Positions 17,058-32,000 of a stretch of DNA of 36,088 nucleotides are shown piece after piece. Under the pieces are notes generated by a model that was not told where the DNA came from, made no database searches, and saw only the letters and a list, made by a program, of their open reading frames with translations. Numbering within the stretch: position 1 is the first letter of the stretch; each line of letters begins with the position of its first letter. The position numbers were made by a program, and so were the translations under genes. Source of the DNA: Elusimicrobiota bacterium. Lineage in GTDB: Bacteria > Elusimicrobiota > Elusimicrobia > UBA1565. The DNA is taken from contig JBDREN010000082.1 of NCBI GenBank assembly GCA_043819795.1, positions 1-36,088 on the forward strand, written 5' to 3'.

Positions 17058-20000
17058 ATGCAAGGACGCGGGCCGACACGGACGACGGGAGCTCGCCCAG
17101 CCAAGCTGGGAGGGCTGGCCGCTGTCCTCCTGGCGGCCTTGCTCCTGCGCGGCCTGTGGGCCGGCACGTTCACTTCGGCGAACTACGAGGTCAGTCCCGG
17201 CAAGGAGAACGCGGGCGGCAAGGACCAGGTCACGAGCAGTTCGTTCGAGACGAACACCTCGGCCGGCGAGGCCATCGTCGAGCGCATGTCGTCCGCGAAC
17301 TACGAGGTCGGGCCGGGGCTCATGCGTCTGATCGCCGTGCCAGGCACGGTAACCGACCTGGCGGGCTCGGGCCTGAGCACGGGGACCATACGCCTGAGCT
17401 GGACCGCTCCGGGCCAGGACGGGGCCTTCGGCCAGCTCCAGGCCGGCTCGTCCTACTACATCCAGTACGGGCAGAACGCCGTTCCCTCGAGCTGGGGCTT
17501 CGACTCGGCGCAGGTCACCCGCTCCACGAGCGGCGTGGAGAACGGCGCGGTGGTCTCTCACGACGCCGGAGGGCTGGGCGCGAACTCCACGTATTACTTC
17601 CGGATCTGGCACCGCGACCCGGGTGGGGCCATGAGCCACCTCTCCGACGAGACGACGACGCACACCTTGGCCAAGCTCGTCACCGGAGTCCAGGTCTATC
17701 GCGTCTTCAACACGAGCGCGACGGTCAACTGGGTCCCGCGGCCCGGCGCCCCGGTGGCGGAGTCGGCCCGGGGCTACCGCTTGGACGCGAGCACGGCCGC
17801 GGACTTCAGCGGGGAGTTGCTCTCGTCGTCCACGCTGAACGTGGCCTTGAGCACGCTGACCGTGGCGGGCCTGGCGCCTTCGGCGACCTTCTATTTCCGG
17901 GTGGGCACGCTCAACCACGCCTGGGTCCCGAACTTCTCGGTGGACGGCTCGACGGTCACGGGCACGGCCGTGGACATCCCCCCCCAGGACTTCCAGGTCG
18001 CGGGCGTCTTCCTGTCGAGCGCGGCCCTGGCGTGGAGCCAGGTCAACTCGGAGGGCTACGCGGCCGAGGCCTCGACGGCCGCGGATTTTACGGGCGAGGT
18101 GAGTTTCTCCTCGACCACCAACGGGCAGAAGCTCACGCTCTCGGTGGCCGGGCTCCACCCCAACACGACGTACTACCTCCGGGCCGGCGCCATATGGGCG
18201 GGCGCGACGTATTACGCCCAAGTCTCCACGCGCTCGACTCTGGCCAAGACCGTGACGATCCTGGTCGATAGTTTCCCGGCGGTCTTCGAGTCCTCGGCGA
18301 CCGCGGCCTGGGCGGCCTTGCCCCTGTCCCCTCCCGCCGCGTCCAGCGACAGCGCGCGGGGCTACCGGCTCGAGGCCTCGAGCACGAACTTCATCGGGGG
18401 AGGCGTCGTGCGGTCCTCCTCCTCGCCGAACGTTTCTCTGAGCACGTTGACGGTATTCTCCCCCGCTTTGAGCCCGAACACGACCTACTATTTCCGCGCG
18501 GGAAGCCTCAACCACGAAGGCCAGCCGAACTACGTGTCTTTGGGCTCCACCCCGACGCTGGCTTCGCTCCCCTCGGGCGCGGGCATCGCGGCCGTGCACG
18601 TGGGGAGCGTGACCGTGAGCTGGACCCCTCCCGCCTCGGCTCGGGGCTACCAGCTAGAGGCCTCCACCGCCGCGGACTTCACCGGGGAGGTCAAGCTTTC
18701 TTCCACGACGAGCGGCTCCGCCACGGGCTTGACGGTGCGGGAGCTTTCGTCGAACACGACCTATTACCTCCGCGCGGGCTCCTTCAACCATGCCCGCGTT
18801 CTGAACCGCACGGGGGTCTTCGCGTCCACGGCCACGCTGGCGGACAGGGTCACGGGACTGTCCTTCTCCGCTGTCCACGAATCCAGCGCCGCGCTCTCCT
18901 GGACCACGGTCCCGAGCCGGGGCTACGAGATCCGGGCCTCCTCCACCGGCTTCGACGGCTCCGGCACGGTCCACTCCTCGGTCACGGCCAACGGGAGCCT
19001 GGGAAGCCTGGCGGTCTTGTCCCCTCCGCTGGACGCCAACACGACGTACTTCTTCCGCGTGGGCTCCATCAACCACAACGGCGCGCGCAATTTCGAGGCC
19101 GCGGGCTCGACCTCCACGTTGGCCAAAGCCCCCGAGGTCCTGCCGCAGTCCTTCCTCGACGTCTTCGAGACCTCGGCGACCGCGAACTGGGCCGCGCGTC
19201 CCCTGTCGCCGTTATCCGAGACCGCCGAAGGCTACCGCCTGGAGGCTTCCAGCACGGGCTTCGACGGCACGGGCGTCGTGGCGAGCACAGAGACGCGCGG
19301 CGTGCTCCTGAGCACGCTCACGGTCCTGTCCCCGGCCCTGGACCGGAACACGACCTACTACTTCCGCGCGGCTAGCCTGAACCACAACGGGGTGGGCGGC
19401 GCCTACGCGGCTCTGGGCTCCATCTCGACTCTGGCGCGGGCTCCCGAGTCCGCGGCCGCGCCCTTCCTGCAGGTGCACCCGGCCTCCGCGACCGTGGCCT
19501 GGGCCGCCTTGCCTCAGAGCCCTCTGTCCGAGAGCTCGGAAGGCTATGAGCTCCAGGCCTCGACCGCCCCGGACTTCACGGGCACGGTCGTCTCCTCGGC
19601 GACAGCGGACGTGCTCGTCTCCACTCTGACGGTAGGCGCGGGCGCCGCCCAGCTCGAGCGGAACACCACGTACTACTTCCGTGTGGCGGCCCTGAACCAC
19701 AACTCCGTTTCGGGGCCTTTCCTCGCCGTCGGCAGCACGGCCACGCGTTATAGCCCTCCGGAGCCGGGCGTGCCGCCGGTGACGGCCGTATCCTCGGTCA
19801 GCGTCACGGCCCAGTGGACCTCCGGCGCGCCCGCCAATCCCGCGGGCACGGTGTACGCGCTCAGGGCCTCCACCGCCTCCGACTTCACGGGAACGGTCTT
19901 CTCGTCACAGACGTTGAGCCTGACGGACACGGTCTCCGGGCTCGCGCCCAACACCACGTACTACCTGGAGGTCCGCGTCACCAACCACAACGGAGTCCGG

Positions 20001-23000
20001 GCTTTCGGATCCTTGGGCTCGACGGCCACCTTGGCGGCGCAGCCCGCCCAGCTGGCCGTCACGTTCCTGGAGGTGTTCGAGAGCTCGGTCACCGCGGCAT
20101 GGGTTTCGGGGAACGCGGTGGGCTATCGTCTGGAGGCCTCGACCGCCTCCGACTTCACGGGGGTCATCACCTCCTCCGAGACCGCGAGCGTATCGGTCAG
20201 CACTCTGACGGTCTTTGAATCCCCGGCATTGGACCGGAACACCACCTACTACTTCCGGGTGGCGGGCTTCAATCATGCCGGGAGGATCGGAGCGTTTACC
20301 GCGCTGGGATCCACCTCCACTTTGGCACGGGCGCCCGGCACTCTGGCGACCGCGTTCCTGGACGTGTTCGAGAGCTCCGTGACGGCCGCCTGGGCCGCGA
20401 ACCCGGTCTCCCCGTTGAGCGAGACCTCCGAGGGATACGTCCTCGAGGCTTCGCCGACGGCGGACTTCTCGGGGACGGTCGTCTCATCGCGGACCGCGGA
20501 CGTGCTCGTGAGCACGCTGAGCGCGCTCTCCCCGGCCTTGGCCGCCAACACCACGCACTATTTCCGCGCGGCGTCCCTGAACCACAACGGGGTCCCCGGA
20601 CCATACGCCGCTCTGGGCTCCACCGCGACCTTGACCGCGACGCTCGCGGACGCGGCCGCCAGCGCCGTCTACCGCACGAGCATCACCGTTTCTTGGACTC
20701 CGCTGGCCTCGGCCCAGGGCTACGAGCTGCGGGCCTCGAGCACGGATTTCGGGGCGGTCTCTCCGGGAGGCGTCGTCATCAGCTCCGCCACAGACAATCC
20801 CTCTCTGGGGACCCTGACGGTCCTGAGCCCGGCCCTCGAGCCGAACACGACGTACTATCTGCGCGCGGGGGGAGTGAACCATAACGGGGTGATCAACTTC
20901 GGGTCCGCGGGCGCGCGCTCCACGCTCGCGAACCTGACCCAGAACCACCAGTTCAATCAGGTCAACCAGAGCAGCGTGACCGTGACCTGGATCCCCCTGC
21001 CCACGGCCGCCGTGGCCGGCTCGTCGAGCACATCCGAGGGGTACGTCGTCCAGGCCTCCACCTCGCCTAATTTCGGCGGGACCATCGTCTCCTCCAGCAC
21101 GCCGAACGTCGGGCTGAGCACCCTGAGCGTGGTCGGGCTCTTCGTCAACACCACGTACTACTTCCGGGTGGGCTCGCTCAACTGGGAGAGCGTGGGGAAC
21201 TACGCGTTCGTGGGCTCGACCGTGCGGTTCGTGACGCCTCCGGACCGGGCCTGGAAGGTGCAGGCCTACTCCGGGGAGCTGCTCGCTTTGACGCTGGACG
21301 TGGACATCGATCCCGTCTACGACCTGGACAGGGCTTTCATCGTCGTGCCGTCCGGCCAGATGTCGGCCGGCGTGGGCAACATCGACAACAACATGGACCC
21401 CACCGAGGTCCTGGTCCGGGCGAGCTTCGTGAGCGCGAGCAAGGTCCGGCTCACGCGGGGCGTCGTCACCAACGGGAGCCTCTATTCCTTCTTCGTGGTC
21501 GAGAACCCCTCGGGCGGGGAGATATACGTCAAGTCCGGCTCCAACGGCTTCGTGGACAACACGGACGCGGACCTCGACATCAACGTGGGCGCCGGGATAA
21601 GCGACTACACGAAGACCGCGGTATTCGTGTCGGTGGAGAGCAACAACGGCACGAGGGACCACTACAACCAGGCCCATGTCCGGGCCCGCATGACCTCCAA
21701 CACCAACCTGGAGTTGCGGCGCACGGCCGGGGGCTCGATCGCGACCGTGAACTGGTTCGTGGTGGAGTTCATCGGGCCGGACTGGACCGTGCAGAGCGGG
21801 CAGACCCTCTTCGGGGCGAACCCCACCAACCAGGCCATCACCGCGGTCGCGGACACGAACAAGACCTGGGTCTACATGAACTGGAGCGCGGCCGCGCCCT
21901 TCAGCGACGACGTCTCCGCCAAGGTGGAGCTCACTGCCGCCGCCAACATCGCGTTCTCCCGCGACGGGGTCACCACCAACGACATCACCGCGAACTGGTT
22001 CGTGATGGAGAATCCGCTCATCGACGTCCAGCGCGGCGGGGCGACCAGCGCCGCCGCCGTTTACACGGTGAACCAGACCATCAGCCAGGTGGACACGACT
22101 TTGGCCTTCCCGGTCACCTTCAACGACAGCGCGGAGGGAGGCGACAAGTTCCCCCGCGGCTACTGGAGGGCCACGATCCCGAACCCGACCACGCTGACGT
22201 GGGACAGGTCCTACGCCGGCAGGGCCGCGGTCTTCACCTGGCAGGTCGTGCATCTCTCCTCCAACGTGGCCCCGGGCCCGGTCACGAACCTCTCGGCCCT
22301 GGTGGACGAGAAACTGGGCGAGGTGAGGCTCTCCTGGACGGCTCCGGGCGACGACCGGTACGCCGGGATCCTGGGCCAGGGCTGCGAGTTCCGTATCCAG
22401 CACACCACCGACGCGGTCGGCGCGGCCACCGACGTGTTCTGGTCCACGGCCTCGGCCCAGATCAAGATATCCACCTTCAACGTCAGTCCGGGGACCGTGC
22501 AGGAATGGGAGGTCGGATCCCTCTGGTCTAACTCGACCCACTTCTTCCGGATCTTCACGACCGACGAGGCGGGCAACGTCTCCCTGCTCTCGAACGGGGC
22601 GACCGTGGCCACTCTGGCGAACCCGACAGACGGCCACCAGTTCGCCGCGGTGAACGTGACGACCGTGACCGTGAACTGGACGCCTTTGCCCACCGCGGCC
22701 CAGGAGGGCTCGTCCAACACGGCCGAAGGCTACGTGGTCGAGGCTTCCTCCACGGATTTCGGGGCCTTCCTGCCTGGAGGCGTGCTCTACAGCTCGCAGA
22801 CGCGCAACGTCTCCTTGAGCACCCTCACGGCCCCCGGCGCGGTGCCCGAATTGGACCCCAACACGACCTACTACTGGCACGTGGCGTCCCTCAACTGGGC
22901 GGACGCGCGGACCTACGTCGCCATCGGTTCGACTTCCACGCTGGCCGTCGAGCCCACGGCTTTGGCCGAGACCTTCCTGGACGTTTCCCAAAGCTCGGTG

Positions 23001-26000
23001 ACCGTGGCTTGGGCCGCCCGGCCCGAGTCGCCTCCCGCGGCGTCGAGCGAGACGGCCTCGGGGTATCTCCTCCAGGCCTCGACCGCCGCGGACTTCACCG
23101 GGGTCCTGATCTCGTCGGAGACCGCCGACCTGTCGGTCAGCACTTTGACGGTCCTCTCTCCGGCCCTGGACCCCAATACGACGTATTACTACCGTGCCGG
23201 TACCCTGAACCACAACCACGCGCCCAACTTCATCCATTTCGGCGGCACGGCCACGCTCACCCTGCCCCCGACGGCATTGGCGCAGGAGGCCACCTTCCTG
23301 GAGGTCTTCGAGACCTCGGTCACCGTGGCCTGGGCCGCCTTCCCGCCCGCGCCGTCGAGCGCCAGCGCCTTGGGCTACCGGGTGGAGGCCTCCAGCACCG
23401 ACTTCGACGGGACGGGAGTGATCGTCAGCTCGGAGACGGACAGCGTGTCCTTGAGCACTTTGACGCTGTCCTCCCCCGCCCTGGACCGGAACACGACCTA
23501 TTACTTCCGCGTGACGGCCTTCAACCACAACCATTCCGTGAGTCGCTACACCGCGCTCGGCTCCACATCCACGCTGGCCCAGGCGCCCACGGCCCTGGCC
23601 GCGACGTTCCTGGGCGTGTTCCGCACCTCGGCCACGGTCGCCTGGACCGCGCTTCCCGAGTCTCCGCCCGCTGTCCTGAGCGAGACGTCCGAAGGCTACC
23701 TATTGCAGGCTTCCACGGCCCCGGACTTCACGGGGATTATCGTGTCCTCTCGGACGCTGGAGGTCGCCGCCAGCACGCTGACGGTATCCTCTCCCGGACT
23801 GGATTCGAACACCACGTACTACTTCCGGGCGGGCAGTCTGAACCACAACCTGGCGCCGCGGTTCACGTTCCTCGGGTCCACCGCCACCATCGCCAACGCG
23901 CCTACCGCCTTGGCCCAGGCCGATACATTCCAGGCCGTCTACGAGAGCTCGATCACGGTGGCCTGGGCCGCGCACCCGGTCTCGCCCTTGAGCCTGAGCG
24001 CGGAAGGCTACCGGGTGGAGGCATCGAGCACGGACTTCGACGGCACGGGAGTGGTGATCAGTTCGCAGACGGATAACGTCCTTGCGAGCACGCTGACGGC
24101 GCTTTCCCCCTCCCTCGACGCGAACACGACGTATTATTTCCGGGTGGCGGCCTTCAACCACAACGGCGTTCTCAGCGAGTACACGACCTTGTTCGCCACT
24201 TCGACCCTGGCCGCGGCGCCCACGGCTCTGGCCCAGGCGGACGCCTTCCTCGGAGTCTTCGAAACCTCGGCCACCGTGGCCTGGGCGGCCGTGCCGGCCT
24301 CTCCGCAGGCCGCGAGCGCCGAGGGCTACCGCCTGGAGGCCTCGAGCACCAACTTCGACGGCTCCGGGGTGGTCGTCTCTTCGAAGACGGCGGATGTCCT
24401 CCGGAGCACGCTGACGGTCCTCTCCCCGGCCTTGGACCGGAACACCACGTACTACTTCCGGGTGGCGGCCATCAACCACAACGGCGTGCCCGGCTCGTAC
24501 GCCGGCCTGTACTCCACCTCCACGAAGGCCCGTCCGCCGACCGGCCCCGCCTTCTTCGCGGTCTTCGAGACCTCGGTCACCGTGCGATGGGATCCGCTGC
24601 CGCAGGCGCCGCTGAGCGAGAGCGCCGAAGGGTATCTGCTCCAGGCGTCTTTGAGCCCCGACTTCAGCGGCGCGGTCATATCTTCCCGTACGGCGGCCGT
24701 GACAGCCAGCACCCTGACCGTGCTCTCCCCGGCCTTGGCGCCCAACACGACGTATTACTTCCGGGCGGCCAGCCTCAACCACAACGGCGTCAGGAGTTTC
24801 ACCGTCGTGCTCGCCACCTCCACCTTGGCGCTTCCCCCGGTCGCGAATTCGCCGGCGGCCACGTTCCTCGGAGTGTTCGGGACGTCGGTCACGGCCACGT
24901 GGCAGGCGCGTCCGGGAGGTCCGCTCTCCCAGACCTGCGAGGGCTACCGCCTGGAGGCCTCGAGCACGGGTTTCAGCGGCGGGACCGCGCACAGCGCCCG
25001 CTCGAGCACCTATCTCGGCAACACCCTGACGGTCCTTTCCCCGGCCCTGGACCGCAACACCACCTACTATTTCCGCGCGGCCAGCCTCAACCACAACGCC
25101 ACGCCCGGAAACTACACCTCCCTTTACGCCACGTCCACTCTCGTGGGGACCGTGCAGGCTTTGCCCGCGGCCGACTCGTTCCTTGTGGTGGGCACGACCT
25201 ATGTCACCGTCGCCTGGGTCGCGAAACCCCTCTCGCCGAGGTCCGAGAGCTCCGAAGGTTACCGCCTCCAGGCCTCCACGGCCGCGAACTTCACCGGAAC
25301 GGTGGTCTCCTCGCGGACTTTGAACGTGACGCTGAGCACCTTGACGGTATCGGCGCCCCCTCTCCAGGAGGACACGACGTACTACTTCCGGGTGGCCGCC
25401 CTCAACGCCAACGGGATCCCGGGGCCGTACACCGCGCTGGGCTCGACCGTGACGCTCATCAGCGGGCCCCAGCCCCTTCCGACGACGTTCCTCGGGGTCT
25501 TTGAGTCCTCGGCGACCGTCGCATGGGCCGCCACGGGAGCCAACGGCTACCGCCTGGACGCGTCCACGGCTCCGGACTTCAGCGGGGTGGTCGTCTCGTC
25601 GCAGACGAGCGCCGCGTCGGTGAGCACGCTCACGGTCGTGTCGCCGGCCTTGGACGCGAACACGACCCACTACTTCCGCGTGGCCGCGTTCAACAGCCAG
25701 CAGGTGCTCGGCCCGTACACCCAGCTGGGCTCCACGTCCACCTTGGCCCGGGCGCCCGAGGCCCTGGCCGCATCGTTCGTCGAGGTGTTCGAGTCGTCGG
25801 CGACCGCAGCGTGGGCCGCGCGGCCGGCGGGCCCGCTCGCGGAGAGCGCCGAGGGCTACCGCCTGGAGGCTTCGACCGCGGCCGATTTCAGCGGAACGGT
25901 GATCTCGTCGAGCACTTTGGACTTCCTCGCATCCACTTTGACGGCCGTGTCCCCGGCCTTGAGCGCCGACACGACGTACTATTTCCGCGCCGCGTCGCTC

Positions 26001-29000
26001 AACCACAACGGGGTGTGGGGCGCGTTCGCCTCGCTGGGCTCCACATCGACCTTGACCGAGCGCCCTGTGGGCCCCGCGCCGTTGGAGACTTTCCTGAGCA
26101 GCATGACGGCGCAGTGGACGGCGGTGACCTCGCAGGGCTACGAGCTGCAGGCCTCCGCGTCCCCGGATTTCTCGGGGACGGTATACGTCTCGAGCACGGC
26201 GAGCGGCGGGGCGACGAGCCTGGCGACCCCGGTTTCGCTGGCCGCGAACACGACGTACTATCTGCGGGTGGGCGGGATCAACCACAACGGGGTGCGCAAC
26301 TTCGAGTCCGCGGGCTCGACCTCGAGCTTGGCCCAGGCGCCCACGGCGCCCTCGTTCCAGGCGGTCTACTATACATCGGTGACGGTGCAGTGGACGCAGG
26401 CGGTCTGCGAGGGCTACGAGCTCCAGGCCTCCACGGGTCCGGACTTCACGGGCGTGATCGAGTCGTCGGCGACCGCGGACGCGGCGGTGACCGCCCTGAC
26501 GGCGACGGACATCCAATCCGGGACCACGTGGTACTTCCGGGTGGGGAGCCTGAACCACAACCGGGTCCCGCACTTCGTCTACGCGGGCTCGACGTTCACG
26601 CTGGTGGCGCCCTTGTACTGGACGGGCGCCGGGGGCGACGGGAACTGGTACACGGAGTCGAACTGGTCGCCGCCTCAGGTGCCGATGAAGTCGAACGTGG
26701 TGACGATCGACGTGGCGGCGAACGTGCGTGTGGACGCGAGCTCGCCGGCCATATCGTTCTCGAGCATGACCTTGGGCCGTTCGGACGGCGCGTCGGAGGT
26801 GAGCCTGACGCTGTCCACCGGGATCGCGTTCGGGCTGAGCATCCTGGTCAACGGCAACGCGGGACTGACCTCGGACACGACCGCTGAGCTGCGCGTGAGC
26901 GGGAACGTGACGCTGATGTCCGGCTCGAGCATGACGCACACCGCGAACGTGGCGGCGAGCACGGGCGCGTGGCTGAGCTGGAATACCTCCGGCGTGTTTG
27001 ACGTCAAGGCCGGGGCCACGGTGACGGTCCTGGGCCGCGGCATGCCGGGCGGCGGCGCCGGCGCCCCGGGAGCCGGGACGGGCGGCGGTACGGGCACGGC
27101 GGCGGCTGACAGCGGCGGAGGGGGCGGCGGCTACGGCGGAGCCGGCGGGACCGGCGACGGGGCGTCGCCCGGGTTCGGGGGGAGCGCCTACGGCAGCCAG
27201 ACCGCGCCCGTGGACGTGGGCTCGGGCGGCGGCGGGTCGGGCGGAGCCGGCGGGTCGGGCGGAGGCTACCTGCGCATCGCCGCGCAGACGATCCAGCTCA
27301 ACGGCCTGCTGGACGCGCGGGGCTCGGCCGGCCAGAGCGCGGCCGCGGGCGGCGGCGGAGGCGGCTCGGGCGGGACGATCAGGATCTCGGCGGTGACGGT
27401 GACGGGCGCGGGGGCTCTGCGCGCGGACGGCGGCTCGGGCCAGGGCGGGGCCGGAAGCGAGTACGGCGGGGGCGGAGGCGGAGGCCGGATCGCGGTGAGC
27501 GCGTCCGGCTCCTGCTCGCTGGACGCTTCGGAGTCCACGGCGGACGGCGGGACCTCGGGCGGGTCCGGAGCGGCGGGCTCCGCGGGAACGACGTACTCGC
27601 CCAACCTGACGGCGGCCGCAGGATTCACGGGCGTGGTTCAATCCTCGAGCGCGGTCTCATGGCGCTGGACCGCGGGCACGGGCGTGCTCCGCTACCGCGT
27701 CTTCGCGGCCACGGGCGGGGCGATCTCGGGAGACCTATCTTCGACCACGACGGAGTTCCTCAAAACCGGGCTGCTGCCGAACACCACGTACGGGGCGTAC
27801 GTGCGGGACTACGGGTGCGCGCACCTCTTGGACAGCCTCGTGGCCGTGAGCACGACCTTGGCCAAGCCCGTCCAGAACATCCGGGTCGGCGCGGTGTTCG
27901 TCACCTCCGCGACGCTCAACTGGAACGCGCTGGCGGCCGCGCCGCAGGCGGACTCGTCCGCGGGCTACCGCCTGGAGGCCTCGACCGCCCCCGACTTCAG
28001 CGGGACGGTGCTCTCGTCGCAGACCTCCAACGTGGCGCTGAGCACCTTGACCGTCGCGAACCTGGGCGTCAACACGACCTACTACTTCCGCGCCGGCGGC
28101 TTGAACCTCGGGGGCGCGCCCAACTACGTGGTGGGCCCGGCCACCGCCACGCTTCTGAGCACGCCGCAGCCCGGGACGCCCGTGTTCCCGGTCGTTTCCT
28201 CGCGGACCATCACCGCCCAGTGGACCGCGGGGCCCGAAGGCAATCCCGCGGGCACGCTCTACACGCTGCGGGCCTCGACCGCCTCCGACTTCACCGGCGC
28301 GGTGCTCTCCTCGCAGACCGTGGGTTTTTCGGGCGCGGCCTCCACCCTCACGCCGAATTCGACCTACTACTTCGAGGTCCGCGCCACGAACCGCAACGGC
28401 GTCGTCGCGTACGCGAGTCTTGGCTCCACCGCCACGCTCACGGCGGACGTGGGATCCTCTCAAGCCACGCAGGTGTTCCTGAGCAGCGTCACCGTGTCTT
28501 GGACCCCCGTGACCGCGCAGGGCTACGCGCTGCAGGCCTCCACCGCGTCCGACTTCACGGGCACCATCCACTCCTCGGTGACGGCGAACGGCGGCCTGGG
28601 GAGCCTGGCCACGCCCGCTACTCTGACGTCCAACACCACCTACTATCTGCGCGTGGGAGGCGTCAACCACAACGGCGCGCGCAATTTCGTGATCATCCCG
28701 GCGACCGCCACCTTGGCGCCTCTTGTGAGCGCTCCGGACTTCCAGGCGGTGTTTTTCACAAGCGTGACCGTGAACTGGACCGTGCCGTCGCCGGAGCCCT
28801 CGGGCTACCGCGTGGAGGCGAGCACGGCCGCCGATTTTTCGGGAGGCATCAACTCCTCCGCCACGGTCGTGGGAAGCTCGGACTTCCTGACGGTCAACAC
28901 GCTGAACTCGGGTACGACCTACTACTTCCGGGTGGCCTCGCTCAACCACGCGAGCCTGCCGCACTACCTCGCGGCGGGGTCGACGGTCACCTTCGCGGCT

Positions 29001-32000
29001 CCCAAGACCTGGGTGGGCGCGGCCGGGGACAACGATTGGAACACGGCCTCGAACTGGAACCCCCTCGGGGTGCCCACCGCGGGAGAGTCGGTCACCATCA
29101 ACCTCAGCACGACCGTCTTCTCCCAGCTCATCGCCATCTCCTTCTCGAGCCTGACCTTGGGAAGCCCGGACGGCTCGGCCGCCGCGTCCCTGACTCTGGG
29201 GGCCCAGATCGAGGCCGGCCAGAATATCGCCATCTTCAGGAACGCGGGGCTCACCATCGACACGGACCTGCCGGTCAGCGTGGCCAACGACATCACCATG
29301 TACGCGGGCTCGAGCATGACCCATACCGCGAACCCGGCTCTCAGCACCTCCTCCGTCCTGAACTTGAGCGTGGGCGGGACCTTCGACATCCAGGACGGGG
29401 CCACTCTCACGGTCAAGGCCAAGGGCATGCCGGGCGGCGCGTCCAACGGCGGCCCGGGCGTGGGCCTGGGCGGCGGGTCCGGCATCGCGACCAATGAGAA
29501 GGCCGGCGGCGGCGGCGGCCACGCGGGCGGCGGCGGCGCGGGCGACAACAGCGGGGCCTCGGGCGGCGGGACCTATGGAAGCCGGACGGACCCGGCCGAC
29601 GTGGGCTCGGGCGGCGGTGGCGGCGGGGCCAGCTCGGGCGGCCAGGGCGGGGCGGGCGGCGGCTTGATACTCATCTCCGGCGACACGATCCTCCTGGACG
29701 GTTTGATGGACGCCTCGGGCGGGGACGGAGGCAGCGCGGCCCAGGGCGGAGGCGGCGGCGGCTCCGGAGGATCCATCAACCTTTCCGCCGCCGCGATCTC
29801 GGGCTCGGGCCAGCTGCGCGCGGACGGCGGAGCGGGCCTCGGAGGCGGCGGAAGCGAGTACGGCGGCGGAGGAGGCGGAGGCCGCATCCGTGTCAACGCT
29901 GCCGGAACCTGCGCGCTGCCCAATTCGGCAGCGTCCGTGGAAGGCGGCGCGTCGGGAGGGACCGGTATCGCCGGCTTCGCGGGCACGGCGTTCGCGGACA
30001 GCCTTGCCGCCCCTACGAGCCTGACGGGCGTGGTCCAGTCCTCGACGAGCGTCGAGTGGCAATGGAACGCGGGCGCCGGGGCCGGCGACTACCAGGTGCG
30101 CGCCTCCACCGGCGGAGCCTTCTCGGGCGCCTTGTCCACGACGACTTTCGCTTTCATTCACTCCGGACTGGAGCCCAACACCGAGTACTCGGCCTTCATG
30201 CGGGCCAGGGGCTGCGCGTCTCAGGACGACTCGGACGTCGCGGTGAGCACGACTCTGGCCAAGCCGGTCGCGGGCGCCCAGATCTCCGAGGTGTTCGCGG
30301 GCAGCGCCACGCTCAACTGGCCGGCCTTCGCCGTGAGCCCGTCTAGCGAGAGCGCGGCGGGCTACCGGCTGGAGGCCTCCACCGCTTCCGACTTCAGCGG
30401 GGACATCGCATCGTCGCAGACCTTGATCGTGGCCCTGAGCACCTTGACCGTCTCCGGGCTCGACGCGAACACCACGTACTTCTTCCGCATCGCCTCGCTC
30501 AACCTCGCTTCGGCCTCCAACTTCACGGACGCGGGCTCGACCTCGACTCTAGTGTCCGCCTCGCCGGCGACCTTGCCCGAGACGTTCCTGGAGGTGTTCT
30601 CCTCATCGGCGACGGCCGCGTGGGCCGCCCTGCCTCAGGCGCCGCGCGCGCAAAGCGCCGAAGGCTACGTGCTCCAGGCCTCGACCGCCGCGGACTTCAC
30701 CGGGACGATCCATTCGTCGGGCACCGCCTCGGTCCTTGTCAGCACGTTGACGGTCCTGTCCCCCGCCCTGAGCGACAACACGGCGTACTACTTCCGTGTG
30801 GCCGGCCTCAACGCCAACGGGCTTCCCGGCCCCTACGCCGCGCTGGGCTCGACCGCCACCCTGATCGCGGGCGCTCCCACGGCCCTGGCCGCCGCGGACA
30901 CGTTCCTCGGGGTCTTCGAGTCTTCGGCCACGATCGCCTGGGCCGCCGGCGGTTTGAACGGCTACCGGCTGGAGTCCTCGACCGCCCCCGACTTCAGCGG
31001 GGTGGTGGTCTCCTCCGAGACGACCGACGCTTTGGTGAGCACTCTGACGGTCCTATCGCCGGCTCTGGATGCGAACACGACCCACTACTTCCGGGCGGCG
31101 TTCCTGAACCTCGGCGGCGTGCCCGGGCCGTACGCCCAGCTGGGCTCCACGTCGACGTTGGCTCCGGCGCCCGAGGCTCTGGCCGCGTCGTTCACGGAGG
31201 TGTTCGAGTCTTCCGCGACCGCCGCCTGGGCGGCCCGGCCGGCGACCCCGCTCTCCGAGAGCGCCGAAGGCTACCGCCTGGAGGCCTCGACGGCCGCGGA
31301 CTTCAGCGGCACGGTGATCTCTTCCGAGACTTTGGGCGTGCTCGTTTCCACGCTGACGGCTCTCGCTCCGGCTTTGGACGCGGATACGACCTATTACTTC
31401 CGGGCCGCTTCGCTCAACCACAACGGAGTCTGGGGCGCGTTCACCTCGTTGGGCTCCACGTCGAGCTTGACGGCGCGGCCCGTGGGTCCCGCGCCCTCGG
31501 AGACCTTCCTGAGCAGCATGACGGTGCAGTGGACGGCGGTCACGTCGCAGGGCTACGAGCTCCAGGCGTCCACGTCGGAGGACTTCTCGGGCACGGTATA
31601 CGTTTCGAGCACGGCGAGCGGCGGGGCCACGACGCTGGATACGCCGGTCACGCTGAACGCGAACACCACGTACTATCTGCGGGTGGGCGGCGTCAACCAC
31701 AACGGGGCCCGCAACTTCGAGTCCGCGGGCTCGACCTCCACTTTGGCTCAGGCGCCCGCGTCTCCGGCGTTCGAGGTGGTGTACTTCACGTCGGTGACGG
31801 TGAACTGGGCGCAGGCCGTGTCCGAGGGCTACGATCTTCAGGCCTCCACCGTCCCCGACTTCACGGGAGTGATCACCTCGTCGGCGACCGCGGACGTGGC
31901 GGTGACCACGTTGACGGTGACGGAGATTCAGTCCGGGGCCACGTGGTACTTCCGGGTGGGCAGCCTGAACCATAACGGGGTGCCGCACTTCACGTCCGCG

